Assembly: GCA_028712155.1 (NCBI GenBank)
Contig: JAQTQO010000001.1
Span: 1,501-65,500 of the forward strand
DNA: 64,000 nucleotides
From: Patescibacteria group bacterium
Lineage (GTDB): Bacteria; Patescibacteriota; Patescibacteriia; Buchananbacterales; GWA2-38-13
Direction: 5' to 3'
Position 1 is the first letter of the stretch, and each line of letters begins with the position of its first letter. This document shows positions 1 through 9,391 of this stretch, piece by piece. Made by a program: the position numbers and the translations under genes. Under the pieces are notes generated by a model. It was not told where the DNA came from. It did not search any database and was given only the letters and a program-made list of their open reading frames with translations.

Positions 1-150
1 GTCATGAATTACTACTAATTCTCCGGTCTTACAAATGTAGACGTCCAATTCAACCATGTCGACACCGAGGGTGAGCGCTTTGCGAAATGATTGCAGTGTA
101 TTTTCGGGCGCATAGCCCATAGCTCCGCGATGACCGATTTTCATAAACAT
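1..150 (-). CDS. Glycerophosphodiester phosphodiesterase (GDPD family), N-terminal fragment; C-terminus lies outside the window
   Basis: Reverse-strand translation from ATG at 148-150 gives [50 protein letters not shown], with the GDPD HRG and E.D motifs. This region is unusually AT-rich relative to the rest of the window. Confidence 0.6.
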   Translation of the reverse strand, partial: MFMKIGHRGAMGYAPENTLQSFRKALTLGVDMVELDVYICKTGELVVIHD

Positions 151-511
151 AGAATCAAATCACGCATTAGTAGAATTCGTACGTTCCGTATTTAGTTTTT
201 TGCTTCGGCCCGATGCCGTGTGTGCTGGTTCTCTCCGGATTAATATTCGTGCATCTTCTGCTATCGGCATTATACCGCCGTCACCATCATGGAGCAAAAA
301 ATCGGATGAATTTTTTGGGTGCCAAATTTCTTGCTAAACTTGTTTTCATGAAGAGCAACGTCTAATTTTATTCGAAAGGCACCATCTTGGCGGGTATCTG
401 CCGGTTATTTTCCGGGAACAAAACAACACTCCTGCCATGCACCTTTGATGCTCCTTTTTTCCGGCTCCGCTCGAGGTCACTCGGGCGGCATATTTTTTAT
501 CATAAAAATAT

Positions 512-539
512 TTGCAAAACCTCCAAAAAGTTGTATAGT
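512..539 (+). promoter_or_regulatory. Sigma70-like promoter candidate in the AT-rich divergent intergenic region upstream of the sugar-transferase operon
   Basis: TTGCAA at 512-517, a 16-nt spacer, then TATAGT at 534-539; it sits about 80 nt upstream of the ATG at 622. Confidence 0.4.
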
Positions 540-621
540 AAAGCAAGATTTTTCATTATAAAGCCGTAGTAATACCGGCATTTTTTAGGGTTGAAAATTA
601 CGTTGTTGGGTGTAAATTCCC

Positions 622-2022
622 ATGAAACGCTCCGAACTATTTTTTTCCGTCGCCACGGTGCCGTTGGATTACATCGCGCTGCTAGCAGCGGCGCTGTTGG
701 CGCACCGGATTCGGTTTTCGCCGCAGTTTGTCGAACTCCGGCCGGTGATTTTCAAATTGCCGCTGGAAACGTATTTCCCGTGGGCGGCGCTCGCGGCGTT
801 GTGCGGCGTGCTCCTGTTTGCATTTTCCGGCGTGTATCGCATCGCGCCGGGGAGAAAATTCGGCGAAGAATTTTCCCGGATCGCGCTGGCATGTTCCACG
901 CTTCTGGCCGGGGTGCTACTGGTCATGTTTTCCACGCGCTATTTATTTGAATCCCGTTTCATTCTGGTCACCTCATGGTTTTTCGCCGTTTTTTTTGCCG
1001 CCGGCATCCGATTGTTGATTCGGGCCGCGCAGCGGCAGCTTTACCGCATCGGCGTCGGCGCGCATCGGGTGGCGCTGATCGGGCAAGGCGTGATTGCCGC
1101 TGAACTGGCCAACGAATTTCAGTCGCGTCCGACGCTGGGCTACCGCGTTGTTGAGCGGTTTCCTGATTTCACGCCGGCGGTTCCCGGTCAGCTGCAACAG
1201 CTGGCGCAAGATGACAAGATTGACGAGGTGGTCCAGGCGACCGCGCTGAGCCAGCAGCAGACGCTCGAACTCGTTTCGCAGTTGCAGGAAGTGCATTTGG
1301 ATTATACGTACGCGGCGGATTTACTGGGGACCAAGCTGAACAATTTCCAGGTAGTCATCCAGGCCGGCATTCCTTTGGTTGAAGTGAAGCGGACGCGGTT
1401 ACGCGGGTGGGGGAGAGTGTGGAAGCGCGGTTTCGATGTCGTAATCGCCGGCCTGCTGATTGTGGTGCTGTCGCCGGTGCTGCTGGTGATCAGTATCGCT
1501 ATCGTTACCGATTCCGGATTTCCGGTATTTTTTACCTACTGGCGCGTGGGCGAACGCGCCAAACGGTTCCGGTTCATCAAGTTCCGTTCCATGGTCAATG
1601 GCGCGCACCAGCTGCGCTATGATCCGAAATTCGTGGCGCAGCAGGAGAATTTGCGCGCGGGTACACCGATGATAAAGTTCAAAAACGATCCGCGTGTGAC
1701 GCGGGTCGGCCGGTTTTTGCGGCGCTGGAGTTTGGATGAGCTGCCGCAATTGCTGCTGGTGGTGGCCGGGAGCATGAGCCTGGTCGGGCCGCGGCCGCAC
1801 GAAGTCGAAGAGGTGGCGTGTTATTCAGGCGGGCAGCGGCAGATTCTGGCGATGCGGCCGGGGATGACTGGCCTTGCGCAGGTGAGCGGCCGTTCCGATC
1901 TGGATTTTAACGAAGAGGTGAAACTCGACAGTTTCTATATTCAGAACTGGTCGCCGTGGCTGGATTTGCAGATTCTTTTGAAGACTCCGGCAGCCGTGCT
2001 GCGGCGGCGGCGTTGTGTTTGA
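622..2022 (+). CDS. Polyprenyl-phosphate hexose-1-phosphate transferase (bacterial sugar transferase, WbaP/CpsE family)
   Basis: The 466-aa protein has N-terminal TM segments and the C-terminal sugar-transferase domain (…KFRSMV…DELPQL…GPRP…). It is the first gene of a glycan locus. Confidence 0.8.
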   Translation: MKRSELFFSVATVPLDYIALLAAALLAHRIRFSPQFVELRPVIFKLPLETYFPWAALAALCGVLLFAFSGVYRIAPGRKFGEEFSRIALACSTLLAGVLLVMFSTRYLFESRFILVTSWFFAVFFAAGIRLLIRAAQRQLYRIGVGAHRVALIGQGVIAAELANEFQSRPTLGYRVVERFPDFTPAVPGQLQQLAQDDKIDEVVQATALSQQQTLELVSQLQEVHLDYTYAADLLGTKLNNFQVVIQAGIPLVEVKRTRLRGWGRVWKRGFDVVIAGLLIVVLSPVLLVISIAIVTDSGFPVFFTYWRVGERAKRFRFIKFRSMVNGAHQLRYDPKFVAQQENLRAGTPMIKFKNDPRVTRVGRFLRRWSLDELPQLLLVVAGSMSLVGPRPHEVEEVACYSGGQRQILAMRPGMTGLAQVSGRSDLDFNEEVKLDSFYIQNWSPWLDLQILLKTPAAVLRRRRCV

Positions 2023-2033
2023 AATGCAGCAAT

Positions 2034-3215
2034 ATGAAAATTGCCCTCGTTCACGACCATCTCACGCAGGTCGGCGGCGCCGAACACGTGTTGCGGGTGT
2101 TGCAGGAGATTTGGCCCGAAGCGCCGACGTACACGCTGGTGTACAACGATGAGCGCGTCGCCGGTGCGGTGGATGGCCGCCGGATCCGTCCGTCGTTTCT
2201 CCAGCGTTTTCCCGGCGCCCGGCGCCATCCGCAGTGGTACCTGCCACTGATGCCGACGGCCACCGAAAGCTACGACCTGCGGGATTACGACGTCGTGCTC
2301 TCGTCGTGCTCGGCATTCGCGAAGGGTGTGATCACGCGGTCCAATACCGTACATATCTGCTACTGCCATACGCCGACCCGGTATTTGTGGTCCGACACGC
2401 AGCAGTACGTCGCCGACCTGCCGTACCCGCGGCTGATGAAGTGGTCAATCCGGCGGCTGATGACGCGGTTGCGTACCTGGGATCAGCTGGCGGCGCAGCG
2501 GGTGGATTTGTTCATCGCGAATTCGCGCAATGTCTCCGAACGCATTACCAAGTACTATCGGCGCGACTCCATCATCATTCCGCCTCCGGTGGAAATCGAA
2601 CGTTTCCGGCCGCAGCCGGTCGTTGATCGTTACTTTTTGACCGGCGGAAGAATCGTGCCGTACAAGCGGTTTGATCTCGTGGTCTCCGCCTTCAATCAGC
2701 TTGGCATTCCGCTCAAGGTATTTGGCGACGGGCCGACGCTGCCAAAACTGCGTGCGATGGCGAAACCGAATATCGAATTTCTCGGAAGAATTGATGCGGA
2801 GGCGCTGGCGACGCACTACGCACGAGCGCAAGCCTTTATCCAGCCGCAGATCGAAGACTTCGGCATCACGGCGATCGAAGCGATGGCGTCCGGCCGTCCG
2901 GTCATCGCGTTTGCCGCCGGCGGGGCGGTCGAGACGGTCGTGCCGGGAGTGACCGGCATGCTGTTTGACGAGCAATCGTGGGAATGTTTGGCCGATGCGG
3001 TGATCCGTTTTCAACCAAAAGACTTTTCGTCGGAACGCATCCGCAAACACGCCGAGCAGTTCAGCACCGCGCAGTTTCGGACGAGCATGCAAACGCTGGT
3101 TGAAACGGAGTGGCGAAAACTGCAGGAGCGGCGCTGGAACGTGCACCAGGTGACCGATGCGGTCCGGGAAGGCCGTGCGGTGTTCACGCTGCCGCCGGAG
3201 AAATCGTCCGAATAA
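2034..3215 (+). CDS. Glycosyltransferase family 4 (GT1-fold)
   Basis: Start reassigned to ATG 2034 (MKIALVHDHL…), which is in frame with ORF 1956 and just after the upstream stop at 2020-2022. The C-terminal part has a GT4 retaining-GT signature (…EDFGITAIEAMASGRPVIA…). Confidence 0.75.
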   Translation: MKIALVHDHLTQVGGAEHVLRVLQEIWPEAPTYTLVYNDERVAGAVDGRRIRPSFLQRFPGARRHPQWYLPLMPTATESYDLRDYDVVLSSCSAFAKGVITRSNTVHICYCHTPTRYLWSDTQQYVADLPYPRLMKWSIRRLMTRLRTWDQLAAQRVDLFIANSRNVSERITKYYRRDSIIIPPPVEIERFRPQPVVDRYFLTGGRIVPYKRFDLVVSAFNQLGIPLKVFGDGPTLPKLRAMAKPNIEFLGRIDAEALATHYARAQAFIQPQIEDFGITAIEAMASGRPVIAFAAGGAVETVVPGVTGMLFDEQSWECLADAVIRFQPKDFSSERIRKHAEQFSTAQFRTSMQTLVETEWRKLQERRWNVHQVTDAVREGRAVFTLPPEKSSE

Positions 3216-3264
3216 AAAAGAGGGCCGGCACGGCGCCAGCCCAATCGGAAGAACGGGAGGAAGG

Positions 3265-3882
3265 TTACGGAGTTTTGAAATCCGGGTTTCGGATGATTTT
3301 CCGAAGGAACGGCGCGGCCCGCAAGTAGTCGCACAGGGAGTAGATGGTGAAGCCGGCCATGATCACGATGAGGGTGGCGAAGAGCCAGAAAGGAAGGCCG
3401 ATGGTCCAGTCGGTGAGCCACCAGTCGGTGTTGACGGAATTCACTTTGATCCGGGAAATGAGCACGAACCCGAGGGTATAGGAACCGATGGTACGGAGTT
3501 TTCCCGACGAACGGGCAGAGATGGTCTGGTGGTGGTGGGCCGCCACGCTGCGCAGCCAGGAGACCGTGGTGTCACGGAAGATCATGATGAACGTCAGTAC
3601 GGGGAGCAGTGAGGTCGCCAGCACGTGGATGAGCGGAACGTAGATCGCCGCTACCAGGATCTTATCCGCCAGCGGATCGAATTCCTTGCCCAGATCGGTG
3701 ATCTGTCCGAAGCGGCTCCGGGCAAGCCGCCCGTCTACCATGTCGGTGACGGCGACCACGGCGAGACCGATGAGGGCGGCGAACTTGATCCGGTGGTCGT
3801 ACGGCGCCAACAGGATGAGGAAAAAGAGCGGGACGGCACCAATGATCCGCAGGAGGGTGACGAAATTTGCGCGGTTTGCCAT
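3265..3882 (-). CDS. CDP-alcohol phosphatidyltransferase family protein
   Basis: The D-x2-DG-x2-AR…G-x3-D-x3-D motif is present (DMVDGRLARSRFGQITDLGKEFDPLADK) in a 205-aa polytopic membrane protein embedded among the GT genes. Confidence 0.75.
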   Translation of the reverse strand: MANRANFVTLLRIIGAVPLFFLILLAPYDHRIKFAALIGLAVVAVTDMVDGRLARSRFGQITDLGKEFDPLADKILVAAIYVPLIHVLATSLLPVLTFIMIFRDTTVSWLRSVAAHHHQTISARSSGKLRTIGSYTLGFVLISRIKVNSVNTDWWLTDWTIGLPFWLFATLIVIMAGFTIYSLCDYLRAAPFLRKIIRNPDFKTP

Positions 3883-3977
3883 GGGTACCTCGAGGGACTA
3901 GGGTTCGGAAACGGGGAAAAGTCAAAGACCAGCTTCGGTATTGTAATCGGTAATAGAGGGAACGGTCAAATGCGTCT

Positions 3978-5105
3978 ATGAATATCGGCGTTGACATTCG
4001 ATGCCTGGCGGAACGGTACCGCACCGGGGTGGGGGAATACACCTGGAATCTCCTGCGCCGGCTGCCCCGGTTGCTCCCCGGTGAGCGTTTTACGTATTTT
4101 TGCAACGCCGCCAAACCGGTGCGCTTGCCGGAACTGGCGGCCGAAAACGTCCAGATCCGGCTGGGCCGGATTCCCAGCAAGGCGTTCAATATTTCCGTGC
4201 GGCTGTTGGGTCGGCCGCAGCTCGATGTGCTCTGCGGTGCCGATGCGGTGTTTCTGCCGAGTCTGCAGTCGGTCGCGCTCCGCCGTTCGGCCAAGCTGAT
4301 CGTCACGATTCATGATTTATCATTCGAGCGCTACCCGGAATTTTTTTCACCCAAGGCGCGGTTGTGGCACCGGTTGGTAAACCCGCGCTGGCTGTGCCAA
4401 CGGGCGGATGCGATTTTTGCGACGTCGGAACACACGCGCATGGAGGTGGTGGAATACTATCGTATCCCGCCGGAACGCATCACGGTCACGCCGCTGGGCG
4501 TTGACGAGAGCTTCTTTTCGCGCGCGGATAGCGCAGGCCGGGCGGCGGTGCGGCAGCGCTACCAATTACCACAACGATACGTCCTGACGGTCGGTAATCT
4601 TGAACCGCGGAAAAACATTGCGTCCGTGATCGCCGCGTTCGACCGCCTGCAGCCGGATGCGGATCTCGTGATTGTCGGGCGGGCAGTCTGGAACGTCGAG
4701 ACGCTCCGCCGTCTGGCGCAGAAAAGCCGGCTGCGGCAGCGCATGCATTTTCTCGGGTACGTGGATGCCGCGGACCGGCCGACGCTGTACCAGATGGCCG
4801 CCGCATTCGTGTACCCCTCCTACTATGAAGGGTTCGGGTTGCCGGCGCTGGAAGCGATGTCAAGCGGAGTACCGGTCGTCGCCGCAGGCACGACGTCGCT
4901 GCCCGAGGTCGTCGGGGACGGCGGGCTACTGATCGATCCGTACGATGTCAACGATCTGGCAGCGGCGTTGGAAACGATTTTGCAGGATACGCGCGTGCGC
5001 TCCCGCTGCATCGAGCGGGGATTGGCGCGTGCCCGACAATTCACGTGGGAGGAAACGGCCCGGCGTTCCGCCCGCGCGATCTCTAAATTAACCGCAAAGC
5101 ATTAG
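3978..5105 (+). CDS. Glycosyltransferase family 4
   Basis: The 375-aa protein has the …YEGFGLPALEAMSSGVPVVA… signature. Confidence 0.75.
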   Translation: MNIGVDIRCLAERYRTGVGEYTWNLLRRLPRLLPGERFTYFCNAAKPVRLPELAAENVQIRLGRIPSKAFNISVRLLGRPQLDVLCGADAVFLPSLQSVALRRSAKLIVTIHDLSFERYPEFFSPKARLWHRLVNPRWLCQRADAIFATSEHTRMEVVEYYRIPPERITVTPLGVDESFFSRADSAGRAAVRQRYQLPQRYVLTVGNLEPRKNIASVIAAFDRLQPDADLVIVGRAVWNVETLRRLAQKSRLRQRMHFLGYVDAADRPTLYQMAAAFVYPSYYEGFGLPALEAMSSGVPVVAAGTTSLPEVVGDGGLLIDPYDVNDLAAALETILQDTRVRSRCIERGLARARQFTWEETARRSARAISKLTAKH

Positions 5106-5118
5106 CGATTGCCGGCGT

Positions 5119-6243
5119 ATGCGTATCGGAATTGACGCGCGAATGTACGGACCCCGGGTGACGGGCATTGGAAATTACGTCCAGCATCTGACGGACGCAA
5201 TGTTTGCCCGTGACCGTGATGCGGAATTTGTGCTTTTTCTCAATCCTGACGTTTATCAGACGTTCGTTCCGTCCAACCGCCGGGTTACGGCGGTGGCGAC
5301 CGGGGCACCGTGGTATAGCTGGCAGGAGCAACTGACGCTGCCGTGGAAGCTGCGGCGTCAGCACTGCGATCTGGTACACTTTCCCAACTTCAATCATCCG
5401 TTAGGGTATCGCGGAAAATTCGTCGTCACCATTCACGATTTGACGCCGCTGCAATTCCCGGGGCCAAACCAGGTCCGGTCAAAAGTGCGCCGGGCAGCGT
5501 ACCTGGCCGTCCTGCGTTCGGCACTGCGGCGGGCACAAGCAATCATCGCCGTTTCTCAGCATACCGCCGATGAAATCAAGGCATATTACCCCGGTTGTGC
5601 GCAGCGTTTAGCGGTAATTTATCCGGGGTTATCCCCAGGTTTCTTGAAAAACGAAAATTGTGGTATAATAAATCCCCAGTTAGAACGGTGGGGGATTAGA
5701 AAAGGCTACATCTTCTACGCCGGTGTTTGGCGTGACCATAAAAATATCCCCAATCTTTTGCGGGCATTCAAGATCGTCCGGGATAAGTACGGGTTTGCCG
5801 GCCAATTGGTCGTGGGCGGTGATCAGCGCAATGCCGATCCGCAGATCGCGCGGGAACTAAAGAATTTTTCACCGCGCGAGGTCGTTGCACCCGGATTTAT
5901 TTTAGCGCAGGACTTGCCGGATTTTTACCGGGCCGCGGCGGTGACGGTGATCCCTTCGTTCAAAGAAGGGTTCGGATTGGTGGCGATCGAATCGCTGGCG
6001 TGCAAAACGCCGGTGGCCGCCTCCCAAACGACGAGTGTTCCCGAAGTTTTGGGCCGGTGCGGGCGGTACTTTCCACCCGATGAACCGGCGGTAATGGCCG
6101 AGCGCATTTGGGAGCTGCTGCAGCCAGACGCGCGCGCTGATGTACTGCAGCAGGCACCCGGTTTGGTGCAACGCTTTCAGTGGTCTCGGGCAGCCGGCGA
6201 AACGCTTTCCCTCTATCAGCGCGCAGTAAATTCAACGGCATGA
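5119..6243 (+). CDS. Glycosyltransferase family 4
   Basis: The 374-aa protein has the …KEGFGLVAIESLACKTPVAAS… signature. Confidence 0.75.
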   Translation: MRIGIDARMYGPRVTGIGNYVQHLTDAMFARDRDAEFVLFLNPDVYQTFVPSNRRVTAVATGAPWYSWQEQLTLPWKLRRQHCDLVHFPNFNHPLGYRGKFVVTIHDLTPLQFPGPNQVRSKVRRAAYLAVLRSALRRAQAIIAVSQHTADEIKAYYPGCAQRLAVIYPGLSPGFLKNENCGIINPQLERWGIRKGYIFYAGVWRDHKNIPNLLRAFKIVRDKYGFAGQLVVGGDQRNADPQIARELKNFSPREVVAPGFILAQDLPDFYRAAAVTVIPSFKEGFGLVAIESLACKTPVAASQTTSVPEVLGRCGRYFPPDEPAVMAERIWELLQPDARADVLQQAPGLVQRFQWSRAAGETLSLYQRAVNSTA

Positions 6244-9200
6244 AAAGGAAAAGAAAAAAATTGAAAACGATCCGGGTCCGGAAGCCCCCGGTGACGCACC
6301 GGCGCAAGCTGCAGAGGCGGGCGCAGCGCGGGAAGCGTAAACCGGCCCGCCGACGGATGCTGTCTGTCCGTCACGCGGTTTCTGCGGCCGTGCCTACAGA
6401 ACGGCATCCGGAGAGCGCGGTGCCGCAGCTGTCTGCGGAGTCATTGCCGATACTGGCATCAGTAGCCGACACACCGAATGTTGCGGCGTCGCAGACCGCG
6501 CAGCCATTCGAACCGGTGACGCCGGCGGTTGAGGCGGTGTCCGCGCCAGCGACCGTCGCCGAGACGGTCGCAACGGATCAAACCGACACCTCAAGTCCGG
6601 CAGTTTCCGACGCGCGGCCGCCGGAAATTAATTCTGCTTTCGCCATTGCACCGGTGACGCCGGATGAAGATTCTAATCCCACGATGGATATTCAGGACAC
6701 AACCGATTTTGACGAACACTCGGATAATCGGACTCCGACTCCGGCGCACGTGGTGTGGGTCAGCGAGATTAATGATGTATTGGAAACTCCGCCTGACGCC
6801 CTGCCGATCGTACCGTCGGAACCGGAAAATAGTGATGTCGCACCCGCAGCGCTCACCACGGTTGGAGTAACCCCGCAGCCCTTGTCCGATGACGACGCTT
6901 CCGTAGCGGAAGTGCGCCCCGCGATTTTGGAAGAACCGGAAATTCCATTGCACACCGTTGTACCGCCACAGGTCACAGAGATCACTGCGCCCGATCTGTT
7001 CGATGCGGCGGGCAATCTTACCCTGCCGCCAAAGATACAGACCCGTGCAGCGTTTACGCCAAACCTTGCGGTGACGCCGGTTCCTCCGGAGCCGACAACA
7101 GAAACTCCGGCGGTAGCGTCGGATCCTTTTGCGCCGGAGGCGGCCGAAACATTGTCCCGCATGCCGCCGGTTCAGCGGAAAAAGCGCCTGGATGGCGTCA
7201 CGGGTTTATCGGTCACCGGTGCCGTACGTTTGGCCTTCTGGCCGGTGAAATTTATTTACTGGCCATGCCGGCTGTTCGCATTACGGCGGCAGCGACGCGC
7301 CTATGAGCGGCAGTATGCAAAGCAGGCGGCGCCGATAGTGGAAACTCCGCTGTCCAACCTCGCGAGGCTGGCGCTGCAGTTCATCGTCGTTTGCGTCGTA
7401 CTGCTTCTCCCGCTGCAGATCGCCGTGTATTTGCAGGATTTGAACGACGCGCAAGACCACCTGCTGGCGCAATCGGGCATGGCGATCGGGGAATTGCGGC
7501 TAGGTCGAGATGAACTCAAGGCCTTGCGGCTGATGTCCGCCGCGGAGCATTTCCAGCGCGCGCAAGACAGTTTTTTGGCCGCCAATAAGGAGTACCGGCG
7601 GTTGAATTTTTTCACCAAAGCGATTTTGAAAACAACGCCGCATGGCCAACGGGCCCTGACCGCGGGTTTGTCCCTCCTGACGGCCGGCGAAAGTTTGGCA
7701 TCGGTCGGCAGTGAATTTTCCACCCGCGCGGCCACGGTGACGCGCGACGGCGTCGGCGAAAACTTGCCGGAGGTGCTGAACATGCTGAATGATTACACCG
7801 ACTCCATGATGGGGTTGCTGCCGAAAGTGGCGCAGGCCCGAACGGCATTGGATCGGCTCGACCTGACGCACGATCCGCTGGGCAATCGCGAGGGGTTTCT
7901 GACTGCCGCCAATGCGCTGCCGGAGCTGGAGGAGACGCTCAAAGATTCGACGGCGATTTCGCGTTCGATCTTACAATTGCTGGGCAAGGGTCAGTGGCGG
8001 CGGTATCTCGTGCTGTTTGAAAATAACGCCGAGCTGCGTGCCACCGGAGGATTTGTCGGCAGTTTTGCCCTGATGGATGTGCAGGATGGCAAGATCATCA
8101 ATCTCGAGGTGCCGGGCGGGGGAACCTATGATCTGCAGGGGCGTTTAATGGCCCTGGTGAATTCACCCGCACCATTGCATCTGGTGAACCCGCGGTGGGA
8201 GATGCAGGATGCAAATTGGTGGCCGGATTTTCCGACCAGCGCGAAAAAAACGGCATGGTTTCTCGAACAATCCCGCGGCGGCAGCGTGGACGGGGTGATT
8301 GCGCTCACCAACACGCTGGTCGAGCGGATTTTAGCCGTCACGGGGCCGATCGAATTGCCGTCCTACGGGCGGGTCATCAGCGCGGAAAATTTTGTGACGG
8401 AAACGCAAAACCTGGTGGAGATCGACTACGACCGGACCGAAAACCGGCCGAAACAGTTCTTGGCGGACCTCGCACCGCGATTGATCGAACGCATGTTGGA
8501 ACTCGACCCCGTGAAACAGCAGGCACTTTTGACGGTGCTCTACGAGGCGATCCGGGAAAAGCACCTCATGATGTACAGCGCTGATCCGCAAACGCAGGAA
8601 ATTCTGGCGTCGCTGGACTGGGCCGGTCAGCAGCAGCCCGTAGGACTGAGCGATTACCTGATGGTGGTGACGACCAACGTCCTCGGCGGAAAGTCCGACC
8701 GCGTAGTGGAAACCAATCTCCGCCATGCCGTCACCGTCGGTGAGGACGGGAAAATGACCGTGAGCCTGATGATCACCAAAACGCACCGCGGGCAGGCCGA
8801 TGATCCGTTCACCGGGCTGCCGAATCGGAGTTACCTGCGCGTGTATGTGCCGGCCGGCAGCACGCTGATTTCCGCGACCGGTTTCGCCCCGCCTGACCCG
8901 TCATTAGAGAAGGCACCTGACGGCGTTTTCACCGACGACGCGGATCTGCTGGCGATCGAAGGGCAGCACGAAATCGACGCTGCGAGCGGAGTTGAAATCT
9001 ATGCGGAGCTTGGCAAGACCGTGTTTGCGCACTGGCTGACCGTCGCTCCCGGCGAGCAGCGATCGGCGACCCTGACCTACCAACTCCCGTTCACCCTCGA
9101 TGAGGCCAACGGCAGCTACACGTTGCTCGCGCAAAAACAGGCCGGTACCGCCGGTGATGAGCTGCTCGCGACCCTGCATTTTCCGGTCACCAACCAGGTC

Positions 9201-9344
9201 GCGCGGGCGTATCCTCAAATCGGTGACGAGCGGATGCAGCAGCTGGGCAATGTGATCCAATTTCACGATCGGTTGACGACGGACAAATTTTACGGTATCG
9301 TTTTTACCCCGGCGGGAGCGGCCGCGGATAACCGCGCGCCGTAG
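6240..9344 (+). CDS. Large envelope protein with a DUF4012-like C-terminal region; basic N-terminus, long acidic/Pro/Thr-rich disordered segment, and a single TM
   Basis: Start set at ATG 6240, which overlaps the upstream TGA (ATGA), giving MKRKRKKLK…. The TM is around residues 370-395. The C-terminal region has …LFENNAELRATGGFVGSFALMD…, typical of DUF4012 proteins found in cell-wall loci. Confidence 0.6.
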   Translation: MKRKRKKLKTIRVRKPPVTHRRKLQRRAQRGKRKPARRRMLSVRHAVSAAVPTERHPESAVPQLSAESLPILASVADTPNVAASQTAQPFEPVTPAVEAVSAPATVAETVATDQTDTSSPAVSDARPPEINSAFAIAPVTPDEDSNPTMDIQDTTDFDEHSDNRTPTPAHVVWVSEINDVLETPPDALPIVPSEPENSDVAPAALTTVGVTPQPLSDDDASVAEVRPAILEEPEIPLHTVVPPQVTEITAPDLFDAAGNLTLPPKIQTRAAFTPNLAVTPVPPEPTTETPAVASDPFAPEAAETLSRMPPVQRKKRLDGVTGLSVTGAVRLAFWPVKFIYWPCRLFALRRQRRAYERQYAKQAAPIVETPLSNLARLALQFIVVCVVLLLPLQIAVYLQDLNDAQDHLLAQSGMAIGELRLGRDELKALRLMSAAEHFQRAQDSFLAANKEYRRLNFFTKAILKTTPHGQRALTAGLSLLTAGESLASVGSEFSTRAATVTRDGVGENLPEVLNMLNDYTDSMMGLLPKVAQARTALDRLDLTHDPLGNREGFLTAANALPELEETLKDSTAISRSILQLLGKGQWRRYLVLFENNAELRATGGFVGSFALMDVQDGKIINLEVPGGGTYDLQGRLMALVNSPAPLHLVNPRWEMQDANWWPDFPTSAKKTAWFLEQSRGGSVDGVIALTNTLVERILAVTGPIELPSYGRVISAENFVTETQNLVEIDYDRTENRPKQFLADLAPRLIERMLELDPVKQQALLTVLYEAIREKHLMMYSADPQTQEILASLDWAGQQQPVGLSDYLMVVTTNVLGGKSDRVVETNLRHAVTVGEDGKMTVSLMITKTHRGQADDPFTGLPNRSYLRVYVPAGSTLISATGFAPPDPSLEKAPDGVFTDDADLLAIEGQHEIDAASGVEIYAELGKTVFAHWLTVAPGEQRSATLTYQLPFTLDEANGSYTLLAQKQAGTAGDELLATLHFPVTNQVARAYPQIGDERMQQLGNVIQFHDRLTTDKFYGIVFTPAGAAADNRAP

Positions 9345-9391
9345 CCAATCCGGCCTGGCCGGTATCCGGTCCGGCGAGGTTTAGGTATACT

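Noticed and set aside
591-2369. Multiple overlapping and antisense ORFs (for example 591-950, 669-935 minus, 973-1296 minus, 1399-1800 minus, 1941-2369 minus) inside the sugar-transferase gene
   Set aside because: High-GC DNA yields long spurious ORFs in alternative frames. The translated sequences are Arg/Ala/Pro-rich with no motifs, while the plus-strand frame gives a clean sugar-transferase domain.
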